Of a DNA stretch of 64,000 bases, positions 25,301-37,400 are shown piece after piece. Position numbers and translations under genes: made by a program. The DNA is taken from contig CAUYUJ010000259.1 in the NCBI GenBank assembly GCA_963575745.1, positions 186,001 to 250,000 on the forward strand, in the 5' to 3' direction. The DNA comes from Prorocentrum cordatum. Taxonomy: Eukaryota. The notes below the pieces were generated by a model. That model was not told the origin of the DNA. It did not search any database and worked only from the letters and a program-made list of their open reading frames with translations. Within the stretch, counting starts at the first letter, position 1. Each line of letters starts with the position of its first letter.

Positions 25301-25739
25301 CAAACACTCGGACCTCTAACTGGAAATCTTAGCACGCCTTTGTCCCGTTGGACCGTCGAATTACCTCCCTCGTTTGAGCGACGCAAAACAGGGGTCGTCT
25401 GCGCCGACATTGGCGCGTAAGCTGCCCGAGTAAACTCGCGCGTAAGTGCCTTCGCTTCCAATGTGGCGTGCCGCGCTGGCGGCCCGCGTCAGCTACGACG
25501 TGAGGTCGCTATGCCGCCTCGTGAAAGGCTCTGTCCTTTTCTTCGCTCATGCGGCTCTACCTACTGCTCGTCAGCACCCCTCATCTTCCCCCTCACCATC
25601 CACTATTCTTACCATCTCCTCCTCCCACAGGAGCCTTCCGCAGGGCTACCACTGCGCCGAGACCAGCTACCACCTACCGGGTGTTGTGACCGATCAGCGC
25701 TTGAACCACGCTCTTCACGCCGTCTGCGCTGCAGGATGA
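12068..25739 (+). CDS. Secreted PC-esterase / SGNH-fold (TBL/Cas1p/NXPE-like) acyl-esterase or acyltransferase, 5 exons
   Basis: Exons 12068-13029 (or -13002), 14089-14205, 22038-22149, 23660-23724 and 25631-25739 splice in frame with GC, GC, GC, GA donors and AG acceptors. Hydrophobic N-terminus; CLSNTWVAFWGDSTTR (GDS motif); PDIVIMNNGPW; YLDG; C-terminal SYHLPGVVTDQRLNHALHAVC resembling TBL DCxHWCLPGVPD. Confidence 0.8.
14089..14205 (+). CDS. PC-esterase gene exon 2
   Basis: FTGISWMGNDAYRERFRQWMAKEPEAWRRARVQLVRGP; CCAG| acceptor, AG|GC donor. Confidence 0.7.
17993..18148 (+). mobile_element. MITE family A copy (~155 bp, TIR TTAAGTCGGGC..., 8-bp TSD)
   Basis: TTAAGTCGGGCTTGTCCCTCTACAGG...CCTGCAGGAGGACATGCAGGACCTAA, flanked by perfect GCGAAGCT (17985-17992 and 18149-18156). 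Confidence 0.88.
19322..20300. repeat. (CAT)n, (CCT)n and degenerate pentamer (TTGCR)n tracts
   Basis: Visible periodicity; source of the poly-I/M and Cys/Ala/Leu-rich ORFs. Confidence 0.85.
22038..22149 (+). CDS. PC-esterase gene exon 3
   Basis: PRLVMKNTACTQAQGNCEASSVSCVEAMDNVDRLQRE; AG|G acceptor, AG|GC donor, phase matches both neighbours. Confidence 0.78.
23660..23724 (+). CDS. PC-esterase gene exon 4
   Basis: VIADLPAHLKEGVRYLDGQYS; CAG|G acceptor, AG|GA donor. Confidence 0.78.
25631..25739 (+). CDS. PC-esterase gene exon 5 (terminal)
   Basis: SLPQGYHCAETSYHLPGVVTDQRLNHALHAVCAAG-stop; CAG|G acceptor in phase. Confidence 0.8.
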
Positions 25740-25924
25740 GGACAATTGGTGAGGGAGTACTTCGCCTCTGGGTCGAGTTTGTCGGGCCCGTTGTCGTTGA
25801 CCCACATGTCGCGTCGACGCAAAATTCATCGCAGAACGTGGAGGAGGATGCGGATGCAGAGTGACGATGAACGAGAAGGTATACCATTATCAGGGTAAAG
25901 GTTGTGACGATGTTCATGGTGGTG

Positions 25925-26142
25925 ATGCTGATGATGGTGCTGATGATGATGATGATGATGATGATAATCATAAGGCTATGATGAGAATGAGAATGGTGAT
26001 GATGATGATGATGATGACGATGATGATGATGATGATGATGATGCTGATGGCGATGGTGATGATGGTGCTAACGATGATGATGATGCTGATGATGATGACG
26101 ATGATTGTGATGGTGAAGATGATAACGATGGCGATGATGACA

Positions 26143-26199
<57 letters not shown>

Positions 26200-26317
26200 A
26201 TTAGGAGGAGGAGGATGCTGCTGCTGCTGATGATGATGTTGATGCCGATGCTGATGCTGATGATGATGATGCTCATGTTGATGATGACGATGATGATGAT
26301 GATGGTGGCGCTGCTGG

Positions 26318-26359
<42 letters not shown>

Positions 26360-26475
26360 CGGTGACGATGAGGATGCTGATGCTGATGCTGCTGATGATG
26401 ATGATGTTGGTCATGAAGATGATGATAATGTTGATGATGATGAGGAGGAGGAGGAGGAGGAAGAGGAGGAGGAGG
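25925..26475. repeat. (GAT)n microsatellite
   Basis: Visible run just downstream of the gene 1 stop codon. Confidence 0.95.
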
Positions 26476-27728
26476 CATTTGACGAGGAGGAGTAGGCCGC
26501 GGTTGATGCGGAAGATCCGTGGAAGGTGGCGAAGGTAGAACAGGGCCCGCGCAGGCGGAGAAGCGCTCGGAACCCGGCGCTCGCAGACAGGATTTGCTGC
26601 GTAGAGGTCCGCTTTGACATGCGCCGCGCCCAGGGATTCCAGAAACGGCGAGGCCTCCCCACATGTTCAGGTTTGAAGCTCGACCCGAATCGAAAGCTGG
26701 GCGAGGGCTGCTAAAACCGTGGCTGCTAAAACGGCCCTCCCGGAAGGAAAAAACAACTTCCCGGAATGAGGTGCGGCACGCGAAGCAGTCAACGGGCTTC
26801 TTTCCTGGAAGGACGAAGACAACTTCCCAGAGTTCGATTTTGGCAGCCGCGGACTGAGCAGCCCTTGCCCGGCTTCCGACCCAAGCGCGAGGACTGGATC
26901 CCAGATCGTGGTGCCCCCCTCGGGCGGAGGAGGAGGTGGCGTCGTTTGGCGGGAAGGGGCATCACGACGAGGACGGATAGAGGAGAGGAAAAGGAGAGCA
27001 AGAGGAGAGATAGTTTTCGAAGACGTTCTGGCAAGTTTTGAGAGAGGAGGTGGAGCGAGATGCCGCGCGACCATTACCCAATTTGGTGCGGGTGCCCCCA
27101 TGGCCCCTTCTGCCGACCTCGCCAGGTACGGTCAAGTACGGAAACAACCTCAAGCACGATCATTTACTTCAGAGCGTATTGACATGGTTTCTTTAGATCC
27201 TACCTGAGAATGACCAGGATCGATTTTGGAGAGGGAACCCGAAGACGATCAGGCTGAGCACGAGAAATGTTTGCAGGTTACTCCCCTCCCAGGGGGGAAG
27301 GCACTGGGAGGTCAGCTTCTGCCCGTCGGGCTCCACGGGAGGACGCAGCTGCCCGCCAGTTTCGTTCATTTTGTGCAGGAGCGCTCCTGTCCCCGAAGCT
27401 CTCCCCCATCATTCCCTCTTCGCAGGAAATTTCTCTCGCCCTCTCCTCCAGTTTCCGAGCTCCCCCGCCAAAACTGGCCGCTCTGACAAGGAGGGGAGTT
27501 CATGATGATTGGAACATGCCCACGACTCAATCTAAAGCCGATCACAGGGCGAGCTGCCCTACGGAAAAAACTAACTCCCCAGACCACCCACGCCCAAAGG
27601 GCTGGTGGGTCTCGGAGGAACACTCCCAGGTGCCTTTTTGGACGCACCATTGCGCAAGTAAGCAGGATGGACGCCCCCCCCATTCCATCGAAGAAGGAAA
27701 AGCGGCATGAGTATGAATTTTCGCAATT

Positions 27729-27853
27729 CCGCGCGGATTTCTTGAATCTGCGTTGGAGCCCCCCGGCGGCGTCGCCTCTGGCGCCGCCCCTTGCGCGTTC
27801 CGCGCGCCAGGGGGGGGGGTCCAGCCAGCGCGGAGCCGAGAAATCCGCGCGGA
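27729..27853. mobile_element. MITE family B copy (palindromic, CCGCGCGGATTTCT...AGAAATCCGCGCGG)
   Basis: 14-bp perfect inverted termini. Related copies at ~13855-13950, 15190-15310, 23115-23235, 23437-23555, 31165-31270 and 51830-51950, in both orientations. Confidence 0.8.
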
Positions 27854-27940
27854 CCTGCGAAAGTTTAGATTGCCTATGCAGTTTCTAGTTCCTCTAATTG
27901 TGTATCCTCGAGCTGTCCCCGAGTTGGTCTGCAGGGTCTA

Positions 27941-28152
27941 GGCCTCCTAGATGGGGTCGGAGTTGATGGGGTTGGAGGATCGCCCCGCATCGCCAAGGCA
28001 TTGCCGATGCGACTCGATGTGGAGCCCGATTTGCTTCACGTCGTCGTCGCCGATGCATCTCCGACATCGACGATGTGTCGCTGGTGCATCGCCGATGCAT
28101 AGCCGATGCATCGCCGATGCTACTCGGACCCCATGTAGGAGGCATTTATACA
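27941..28152 (+). mobile_element. Hairpin MITE family C copy (related to the 59360-59547 intron)
   Basis: GGCCTCCTAGATGGGGTCGGA...TCGGACCCCATGTAGGAGGC, with internal CTCGATGTGGAGCCCGA shared with 59440-59456. A third copy lies at ~18306-18502. Confidence 0.78.
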
Positions 28153-28423
28153 GGCCCCCCTCCCTCCTCGAAGCTACCCCTGCCCTCGGGGAGCCCACCG
28201 CGAGCGAGCCTCTTGGGCCGGACAGGGCGCGAGCGGCCTCGGCCCCATCCGCGCAGGCCGCTGGTCGGCCCGTCCGTTCCGGGAGCGTCGTCGTCGTCGC
28301 GTCGTCGTCGCCACCTCAGTCGACGTCGTCGTCGTCGACGTTCCTCGTCGTCCGTAGTCGTCGTAGTCGTCGTCCGTCGTCGTCGTCGTCGTCTTCGTCG
28401 TCTTCGTCGACCGTCTTCGTCAA

Positions 28424-28469
<46 letters not shown>

Positions 28470-31368
28470 CGTAGTCGTCCGTTGTCACCGTTGTTTTGCC
28501 GATCCGCGCGGGTCCCCGCGCACCCCCTCCAGGGCTCGCTTCGACTCCTCCCGCTCGATCCGATTCGATGCCGATTCCGATCCCGCTCGACTTCGGATGC
28601 CGGTGCGGGCCCTGATGTCTCAGCCGAGGCCTTCCCAGCCTGCCGGCTTCCGGCGATTCGACTTCTCCCGACTTGGCTGCCGATGTTTGTCGATCCGAGT
28701 CGTTTCGCTGAGCGAGCCGAGTGGTCGATTCGACGGTGGGCTGTCCCGCCCCCCTTCCCCAGACATTTTTTTTTGTATACAGCCGCAGGCGAAAGCGCCG
28801 ACGGCGGGCGGTCACGGTCGGGCTGCGGCCGCGACTAAATTCCCGGGCGCGCGCGGGGGCCGCGGATCAGGCGGCGGGGGGGGCAGCGACCCAGGGCGTC
28901 TGAGAAGCCAGGCGAGCGTGCAATCCAGGGAGTCTGCAAGGAACGAGACCCAGACATGACTGCGTCGTGAAAGAATCATGACGGGCAATGTTTCACTATT
29001 TTGGGCCCCGGGGGGGCCCTCGCCCGGCCTCGGGACCGTCAAGCAACGATGCAGGACGAAAAACCGGTCCCGGGGAAACGGCCGGGACTTCGAGGGACGC
29101 CGTCCTGAAAAAATCAGGACGTCGCATGTCTGAGTCCCCCCCACCCACCAAACCACCCCAACCCAACCCGAAACCCTCAATTTGCCTTCCATTTCCAGTG
29201 GGGGGGGGTCGGGGAACGTTGAAAGAACACATGGTATCCGTACCCCCCCAACCCGAAATTCGGGTCAAATTCGGGTCTTCGGGTAGGGATGGGGTGGTCT
29301 GGTAGGTAGTCAAGTCCCCCCCATGGACCAACGCTTGGCCGCTTTCGGCGGCTGCTCCTGGCGACCAGTAAGGACCCCCCACCCCTGCAGTCTGCCCGAG
29401 CGCGAGTGGCAGAGGCAGCCCGGCGCAGCACCGGCCCAGACCCAGACCCCTCCCCCTTGGGCGCGAGTGCTGGGGGGGCGACAGCTGGGGGGGAGAAAGG
29501 CCCTTTTAGGGGCCCCACAGAGCCCCTTTTCGGCAGCCCTCGCTGCCCCCCCCCCCCACCCCTCGCCCCGCCACTTGTCGCCCCCCCCTACGACGCGTCC
29601 TCCGAGCCCCCCTTTTCCGCCGCCACCCTTCGGCCAACTGTCGAAGCACAGCATTCAAACAAGAGCCCTGACGTCTCGCCCGCGTTCCTTCGCCCCCGGT
29701 GGCTCACAGCGGCCACCCCGCGGCCCGCCCCCCAGGGGCTCGCCCGGGGGCACAACCCCTGCGTGGTGCTCCTCGTGATGTCCGCAGGCCGCGCCCCGGC
29801 TGTGCGCGCGCCCTGCCGCCCATCGTCCGTCGACGTGTTCGTTGTGGTCGTCGTCGTCGTCGTCGTGGTCGTGGTCGTAGTCGTTGTCGTCGTCGCCGTC
29901 ATCGCCTCCGTCGCGGCCGTCGTCGTCGTCGTCGTCGTCGTCGTTCTCGTCGTTCTCGTCGTACTCGTCGTCGTCGTCGGCGGCGGCGGCGTCCACAGTC
30001 CTGCTTCGGCGTTAGGCTCCAAGGAATTCCATGCCTTCAGCTGGGTGCCGGAGTAGATGGGGTCGGAGTCGTCGATCTATTCACCCCCTTGTGCCTCTTT
30101 CACGATCTTGCATGACTGCCAGTGCCGCCGATGACGAGAAGGGGGCCGTGGCCCTGATCAGGTGCCCGCCACGCGCCAGACCTGCCCACGTTTCCTCTCG
30201 ACTGCTGCGAAGGGGTAGCGTCCCAAGACAGACTAGGGCCCATGGGCAGATACTCTCTTTTTGAGGGTGTGTGGTTGTCCCATTCTCTCGTATTCCTTTG
30301 AAGATACATCGCCTTTTTGTTTTCTTCTTGAATGGGCACGGCACCCCCCTATCTAGAGTGCCGAGTGCCTTGTGCGTTCTGGGAGCTCGAGCCCGGCCTG
30401 CCTGCGATCCTCCTCGCCAGTTGCGGCCCTGCGCTACCTTTCCTGCTCAGTGCTCTGGCGCGGAGGCTGTCGTCGACCCGGCGGTATCCATGCGTATTTG
30501 TGACTCGGTGCCATCGCTTCACTCGGCCGCACCGTTGCTAGCGCGTTCGCTCCTGCTAGTTCGGGTGCAGCTCCTGGGAGGTTCAATTCAGCATCGATGC
30601 TGGCAGATCCATGGTCAATGACTGGCCAAATGCGCCAATATTTTGGACTTCCGCTTAATCAGGCTTGATTGGGCCTCGTCGCTCTAAGTAACGGTCGCTA
30701 CCCGGGCAACACCCACTTGGGCACCTGTAGCGAGCGTACCCAGGATGGACGGGGGCTTGACCCCCCCCCCTCCCACCCTCCCACATGCTGGTGCTCGGTC
30801 GCATCCTATGGCTATCGCACCGCACCCCCGCCCCGACGTGCCCCTCCCTACCCCAAGTGCTACTGTTTCTGAACATATTTCTAAAGCACTGTCCCGTGAG
30901 CTGCTTCCTGGTACAGTGGGACTGAGGTACAAGATCGAGGTCGGTGCGGGGAGGGTACCCCCTAATATTCTTCGTCCTTTCTGGATGGATGCTCTTGTGC
31001 ATCCTGGGGAGGGTGCCCTTTGATGTTCTAGAGCGTCGTTCTGGCCGGCGGAAGGTCCCATGCTCTCGGACCTTGGAGAATGTTCTTCTGCCCTAGGTCT
31101 GGCTGTACTTGCTCTCCCTTGCCTCGAAGAAGACACAAACGCATAAACTTAGACTTTCTGCGCACCGCGCGGGTTTCTTGTGTCCGCTCTGGGTCCAGGG
31201 CGCCCCCCCTGGCGTGCTCCGCGCGCCAGGGAGGGGCGTCCCGCGCAGATCCAAGAAATCCGCGCGGAGCGTCAGAAGTTTATGCCTGCTGCTGCTGGCA
31301 GTGGTACTTCTTGGCTCCCACAGGCGCGCTTGGAGGCAGATGCCCGTGGCCCCGCGGGCACCGCCGCC

Positions 31369-31417
31369 ATGGGCGCCGTCTGCTCCGGCCCTGGCGGGGC
31401 CCTCGATGACGCCACCA
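31369..31417 (+). CDS. RCC1-like gene putative exon 1
   Basis: GCCGCCATGG start context; MGAVCSGPGGALDDAT; the GC donor coincides with the start of a repeat also found at 44790. Confidence 0.55.
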
Positions 31418-34400
31418 GCATCACTGGCAGAGCCAGGGGGGGGTCCTCAACGCATTTAATGCGGGCATGTCCCTCTACAGGAGGAATAGTCAAAGATAGT
31501 TTAAAAAACAGTTTGGAGTTGTGACATTGGTGTCCTGCTAGATGGCGCCATCCAAGGGAAGCGCAAACTTACGACCAAACTACGTTCCGAGTACGAACCA
31601 AAACTACGTTTTAACTACGCCGTAAACTACGAAACAAGTATGCCCACAAGTTGCATTACACGGCGTCACGCAGACACACATACATCCGCGCGCGCTGTCT
31701 ATCATCCCATTAGTATTTTGTGCGGGAGAGCGCTTGCGCAGGTCCCATAAAGCGTTGACGCTTCGCGTGCCCCCACCAGCCCATTCTGAAACGGTCGCGA
31801 GGTTTGTTGTTTGACGTGCCGTTGGGTACCTATTTCCCGTATGCGTCACTGGTCGTTCTTTGCCCTGGTATGTCATTGAGTCCTTGGAGCCATGAGCGCG
31901 TTGCTTGTTGCCTTATTCGCAACACACGTTTGGTCCCGTGGTTCGTGCTTCACTACTCCTTCCCCCCTCCACATCCTCCTCCTGTTCCTCCGCCCCCTCT
32001 TCCCCATCCTCCTCTGCCCCCTCCCCCTTATCCTCCCATTCTTGCTGCTGCTCCTCCTTCTCCTCCTCCCCCTCCTCCATCTGCTGCTGTTCCTCCTTCT
32101 CCTCCTCCTCCCCCTTCTTGTCCTCCTCTTCCTCCTCCTCCTCTTCCTCCCCCGCTTCCCCTTGTTCGCAGCCTGGCTTCAGTACCCGCCCCTTTGCAGG
32201 TCTCAAATAAGATTTCTGGTCCCCGCGTTCTGGGCGACCTCTGAGCCCCGCCCGTGCAATTCCCGTTCCAGGGGGACTCCGTTTTGTTAATTCCGTCCCG
32301 GCCGCGTGTCCGATGGGGGAAAACAGCGCTGTCCGAACAATTACTTGTTCCACCTCCCCTCGCAGGAGGGGGGAACGGGCCATTTTGTTAACGCTCCGTC
32401 CCGGCCGCGTGGCCGACGGGGGAAAACAGCGTTGCCCAAACAGTTGCTTGTTCAAACTCCCTCCCTGACTGGGGGGGCCCAAACGAACTTGCACTAAAGT
32501 GTCCGGCAGCAGTCTCCTGGTACCGTAACGCTAATCGTATAGTGTTATTTGCATTGCATGGGGGCTTCTTTGAGCAGTTGTCTACCCTCTTCTCCTCCTC
32601 TCCACATTCCCCTTTTCCACCTCCTCATCTCTTCATCCTCCTCCTTCTCCTCCTCATTCCTCTTCCTATCCTACTCATTTCCCCCCCTCGTCATCCTCAT
32701 TCCTCTACTCCTCCTCATCCTCCTCCTCCTCGCCTCCTCCTCCTCCTCCATCTCCTCCTCCTCCTGCTCCTCCTCCTCCTCGCGCTCGTCATAATTCCTC
32801 CTCTTTCTCCTCATCATCCGCCTTGCTCCTTTCGCGCCCTCCTCCTGGGAACCTCCTACGCCTCCCCCTCCTGCTCCTAATGCCCCTCACCCTGGGACAT
32901 GCGCATTTCCAGAACAGGCGCTCCCGCGCGAATCACTTTCCAGGCGCCTGGCTGCAAAACCCAGCAGGGCAACTACCCTCGCCGGTGCAAATGGATTACC
33001 AACTACTCTTGAAACTACTGCCGCGGAGCCGCCGGCCATGGCAACTACCTCCGCCGCCGTTGCCCCCCCGCGCGGCCATCCGCCGCACTTCTGTGGACGT
33101 AGTTTTTCCGAGGGATGTACGTCCACCGGGGGTAACGGCCACGCGGCGCGTGGACGTAGTTTTTCCGGGGAAAGTACGTCCACCGGCGCCCGCGCGTTTC
33201 ACAGTGGCCCAAGGAAACGCCCGTGGACGTACTTTGCGCGTTGTTTTCTCCAAGGAAGTACGTCCACGGGGAAGTCTTGGGCCGCCATGGCAAACTACTC
33301 GGGGAACTACGCGGGCCTTGGCAGGCGCCAGTGCGGTTGCGAGGCGATGTGCGTTGGAATTTGGCGGAGTCACCCGCCCTAGTACTGCCTTGCTCCCTAG
33401 GCCGGTGAAGGCAACAGGGCCACGGCGCACAGAGCGCCCTTCAATCACAAGATCCAACCGCGTTTGGCCAGCGCAAATCGACGGGGCATCTTCTTTGGAG
33501 GGGCTGGTGGGGATGCGCGAACCATCGAGGCGCAACTACAGCAATGCTGCCGCATCAGCCCCAGGGGCGCAGAGAGGGGGGTCTCTAGGCGCTCGTGAGG
33601 AAAAACAGGCGAACGATTCACGTACCGCGTGAACGCGTCCAGGGCAACCGATCGGTTCATCATCATCGTCGCCATCGCGAGGGCGCTCCGCCCTAAACAG
33701 CCCCTCTGTTCCAGGGAACACCCAAAGCGCGCCTTGCGCTTTTCCGCGCAGGGCGTGGTAGAACAGGGGCGCCGACGTGCGTTCCGCCACGGGTGCGAAA
33801 ACTTGTCGGATGTTGTCCAGGGTTGATGCAGTCGGAGATGTCGGTGCATATGTCGTCACGGCCGCGGCCCCTTCCGCCGCGCGTCGGGCTCCCTTAAGCA
33901 TGACGCTGCTTGCAATCAATGGGCAATAGGAGCGAACGGGCGAGGGGGGCACGTTGGGCAGGGAAGGGGAAGGAGGAACGACGGGGGAGGGGAACAAATC
34001 CTCCTTCAGCCCCCCCCCCTCCCCCGCCTGCAAGTGCCCGTTATCCTCCCGCCACAGCACGCCACGATTTTTCGTGCAATTCTTCCTCTTTTCTCCAATG
34101 TGCCCCTGTCGGATCGAACCTAGTTGGGCGCGCTGACGAGGTCAGGCGAGTTTGGCCAGCGACTGCGCTAGACAGTGGTGCATGCCTGCATGCGCGTTGC
34201 CACTGTCACCGCGCGCTCGCGCATTGCAGCGCCCCCTTGCGCGCCATCGCGTCTATGGGGGATTCCCCGGTTGGTGTTCCCTGTCCGATCGCGCGGCGCG
34301 CCGTGAGTTTCAATGTTGGATTGGTTTGTTCAGATTTCGGAACGCGGCCCATGGCGGCAACGCGTGCCGCTGGGGTCTGCGTTTCATTGCGCTGCGCGCA

Positions 34401-37400
34401 CGTGCTATCTACTGCGGATGTAGATCGCCTCGCGTTTGGCGATCAAGGGCGCCTTGCAAAAGCGACGACAAATATTGATGCATATTTGGCGAATGTCGCC
34501 CGCCCACCCTTGGGTGATCCTTGCGGTGGGCATCGCCCACGCCGTGGGCGTTCGCGACGCGACGGTATCATATCAAACACGTGCCAATGCGCAGATTCCG
34601 TTTCGCACACATATGCGTAGAACGCGTCGTTGGTCCTCCACCGCGCAATCGTTAGAGTTGTGACAGCACGAAAGCGCCGTGGGCTTTGTGCGCGCCCAGG
34701 TCAGATCTCGCGGCCCACTTCGTTGTTGCCGGCGTAGTTTTCGGGGTCCGCGGCGGGCGCATACGTGCGTCGCGTTTTTTTGTAGTTCGGACGTAGTTTT
34801 GGCCATTGCCATATTTTCCGGATCTGGCAGGACATCAGAGTCGCAAGTTTGGAGACGATGCTCCCACTATTTTTGACAATTATTGAATATTGTCAGAGTG
34901 AGGTGGCCGAACGGTCATTCATTGTCCCTGGGTGGTTGGCTAAAGTGAGAATACATGGTGAGGATTCTGCTTGTTGCGTTGTTGTTGTTGTTGTTGTTGG
35001 GGTTGGTGTTGTTGTTGTTGTTGTTGTTGTTGTTGCTGTTGTTGGGCATTATTTATTCTAAGGAATAATTATTGTTGGGGCCCCTGGTGCGCGCCCCCCT
35101 CGCCGCGCCTAGGCCGCAGCCACATTTTCATCATTTTCGTGAGGAAGTCTCAGGCAAAACGTGGGTGTCCGGATCCGGTTGTTTTGTTGTCCCCCGCTTT
35201 CCCTTGCAAAAAAACACTATAAAATGAAATTTCTTGTTCTAACATAACCAAACTTCAAGAATCCTTTGAAAAAATGACACGAAGTGCACACTCGCGCGCG
35301 CAAGATGAAATCCTTCCAAAACCTTAGTTTTCGTAGCGATTTTAACATAAAAACATGAAAAACCCAATGGTTTTTCAAAAAAAAAAAATCAAAAATTCAT
35401 CTTGCGCGCTCTTGCGGATTTCTGAGGAAACCCAATATTTTTTCAACATTTCTGTCAAACGGGCTCTTGCGAGCAACTTTTTCACGTGCTTCGAACTTCT
35501 GCAACAACGGTTGCGCGCATGCCAGGGCCATCATCCCTGTCAAATAATACCATATTGGACACATTCGTTTTTTCTTCGCGCGCGCACGCCGTCGTCGTCG
35601 GCCGCGGGGCCCTGAATAGTAGCCACGGTCGTCCGCATGCCACGAAGTGAAGTGTCCGAACGTCATAGGGCGGGAAGCTGGGTGTGGGTGGTGGCGAAGA
35701 GTCGTTTGGAAATTTGGTAGAGCTTGAACCGGCCCCCCCACAAAGTGGGGGTATTGCCCGCCTCCTATGAAAACCCTGGCACTGGTGAGAACGGAGTGTC
35801 CCCAGTCTTAAATGATTGTTGAACATTATTAATTCTAAAGAATAATTATTGTTGGGCCCCCTGGTGCGCGCCCCCCCCGCCGCGCCTAGGCCGCAGCCAC
35901 GTTTTCATCATTTTCGTGAGGAAGCCTCAGGTAATTCGAGTTGATCAAGATCCGGTTGTTTTGTTGTAATCCGCTTCCCCTTGCAAAAAACATTATAAAA
36001 TGACATTTCTTGTTCAAATATAATCAAATTTCAAGAATCCCTTGCAAAAAATAAGGTAAAGTGGACATTCGCGCGCGCAAGACGAAATCCTTCCAAAAGC
36101 TTAGTGTTCGGAGCGATTTTAACATAAAAACATCAAAAAACCAATGGTTTTTCAACAAAAAAATGTCAAAATCTCATCCCGCGCGCTCTTGCGGATTCGT
36201 AGGAAACCCAACACTTTTTAAACATTTCTGTCAAACGGGCTTTTGCGAGCAACTTTTTCGAACTTCTGCGACAACGGTTGCGCACCTGCCAGGGCCATCA
36301 TCCCTGTCAAATAATACCATGCGGGACACATTCGTTTTTTCTTCGCGCGCGCACGCCGAAATCTCCAAAAACCATTGGGTTCTGTGGGTGTGTACCCCAC
36401 GCCAGTGTAGTAGCCACGGTCGTCCGCACGCCACGAAGTGAAGTGTCCCAACGTCATAGGGCGGGAAGCTGGGTTTGGGTGGTCGCGAAGAGTCGTTTGG
36501 ATATTTGGTAGAGCTTGTAATGCCCCCCCACGAAGTGGGGGTATTGTCTGGTGTCGTATGAAAACCCTGGCACTGGGGAGAACACCACGCGTTCGGGTAA
36601 AATGATTGTTGTTGTTGTTGTTGTTGTTGTTGTTAATGTTGATGTTGTTGGTGGTGTTGTTGTTGTTGGTGTTGGTGTTGGTGTTGGTGTTGGTGTTGGT
36701 GTTGTTGTTGTTGGTGTTGGTGTTGGTGTTGTTGTTGTTGTTGTTGTTGCTGTTGTCGTCGTCGTCGTTGTTGTTGTTGTTGTTGATGTGATTTGTTGTC
36801 ATCGTCCCGCCCGCCACTCACTCGCGTCCCACCCCGCGACCCACCCGCGACCCACCCCGCGACCCACCCGCGACCCACCGCGATCCACCCCGCGACCCAC
36901 CAGCGACCCACCCGCGACCCACCCGCGACCTGGCCCGCGACCCACCCGCGAGCCACCGTCGACCCACTTGCGACCCAACCCGTGACTCACCCATATTGTT
37001 TTAACAAAAATTCGGCGCCTGCGGCGGGCCCATTGTATAGCTTGAAAAATTCAGCGACTGCGGCGGGTTTCAGAGCCTCGCAGATTACTCACTCTCATCC
37101 GCAACTGCGGGGTGCTACTGTTTTGACTATTTCTTATATTTTTTCCAGAATCCGCCTGTAGGAAGACATGCCCGGCCAAACCGCGCATTGTAAGGAGGCG
37201 CGCCTTTTCTAGTGGTACCCCTGTGTCCTTGCCTCTGCGGCTCGTCCTTTGCCGTTGCCACTGGCTAGCCTCGCCCGCCGCCCAACAAAAATCCAAACTT
37301 CGGCCTCCGATGGTCTTGCGTGCTTCCCACCCGTCCATCTTGTACGTTTTCGCTGTGCCTCGCCATGGACCTTGAGATCCTGGCGTGGCATTTCTTTCAC

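Larger units (their letters stand above)
31456..37180 (+). mobile_element. MITE family A copy split by nested insertions
   Basis: Left end 31456-31518, middle 34847-34890, right end ~37120-37180. Flanks CAACGCAT / CCGCGCAT (6/8). Confidence 0.72.

Noticed and set aside
32823..34620. 269-aa and 236-aa ORFs inside the 3.3-kb element as a transposase
   Set aside because: No DDE, BED-finger or hAT dimerisation motifs; the repeated peptides come from a DNA-level GTGGACGTAGTTTTTCC repeat.
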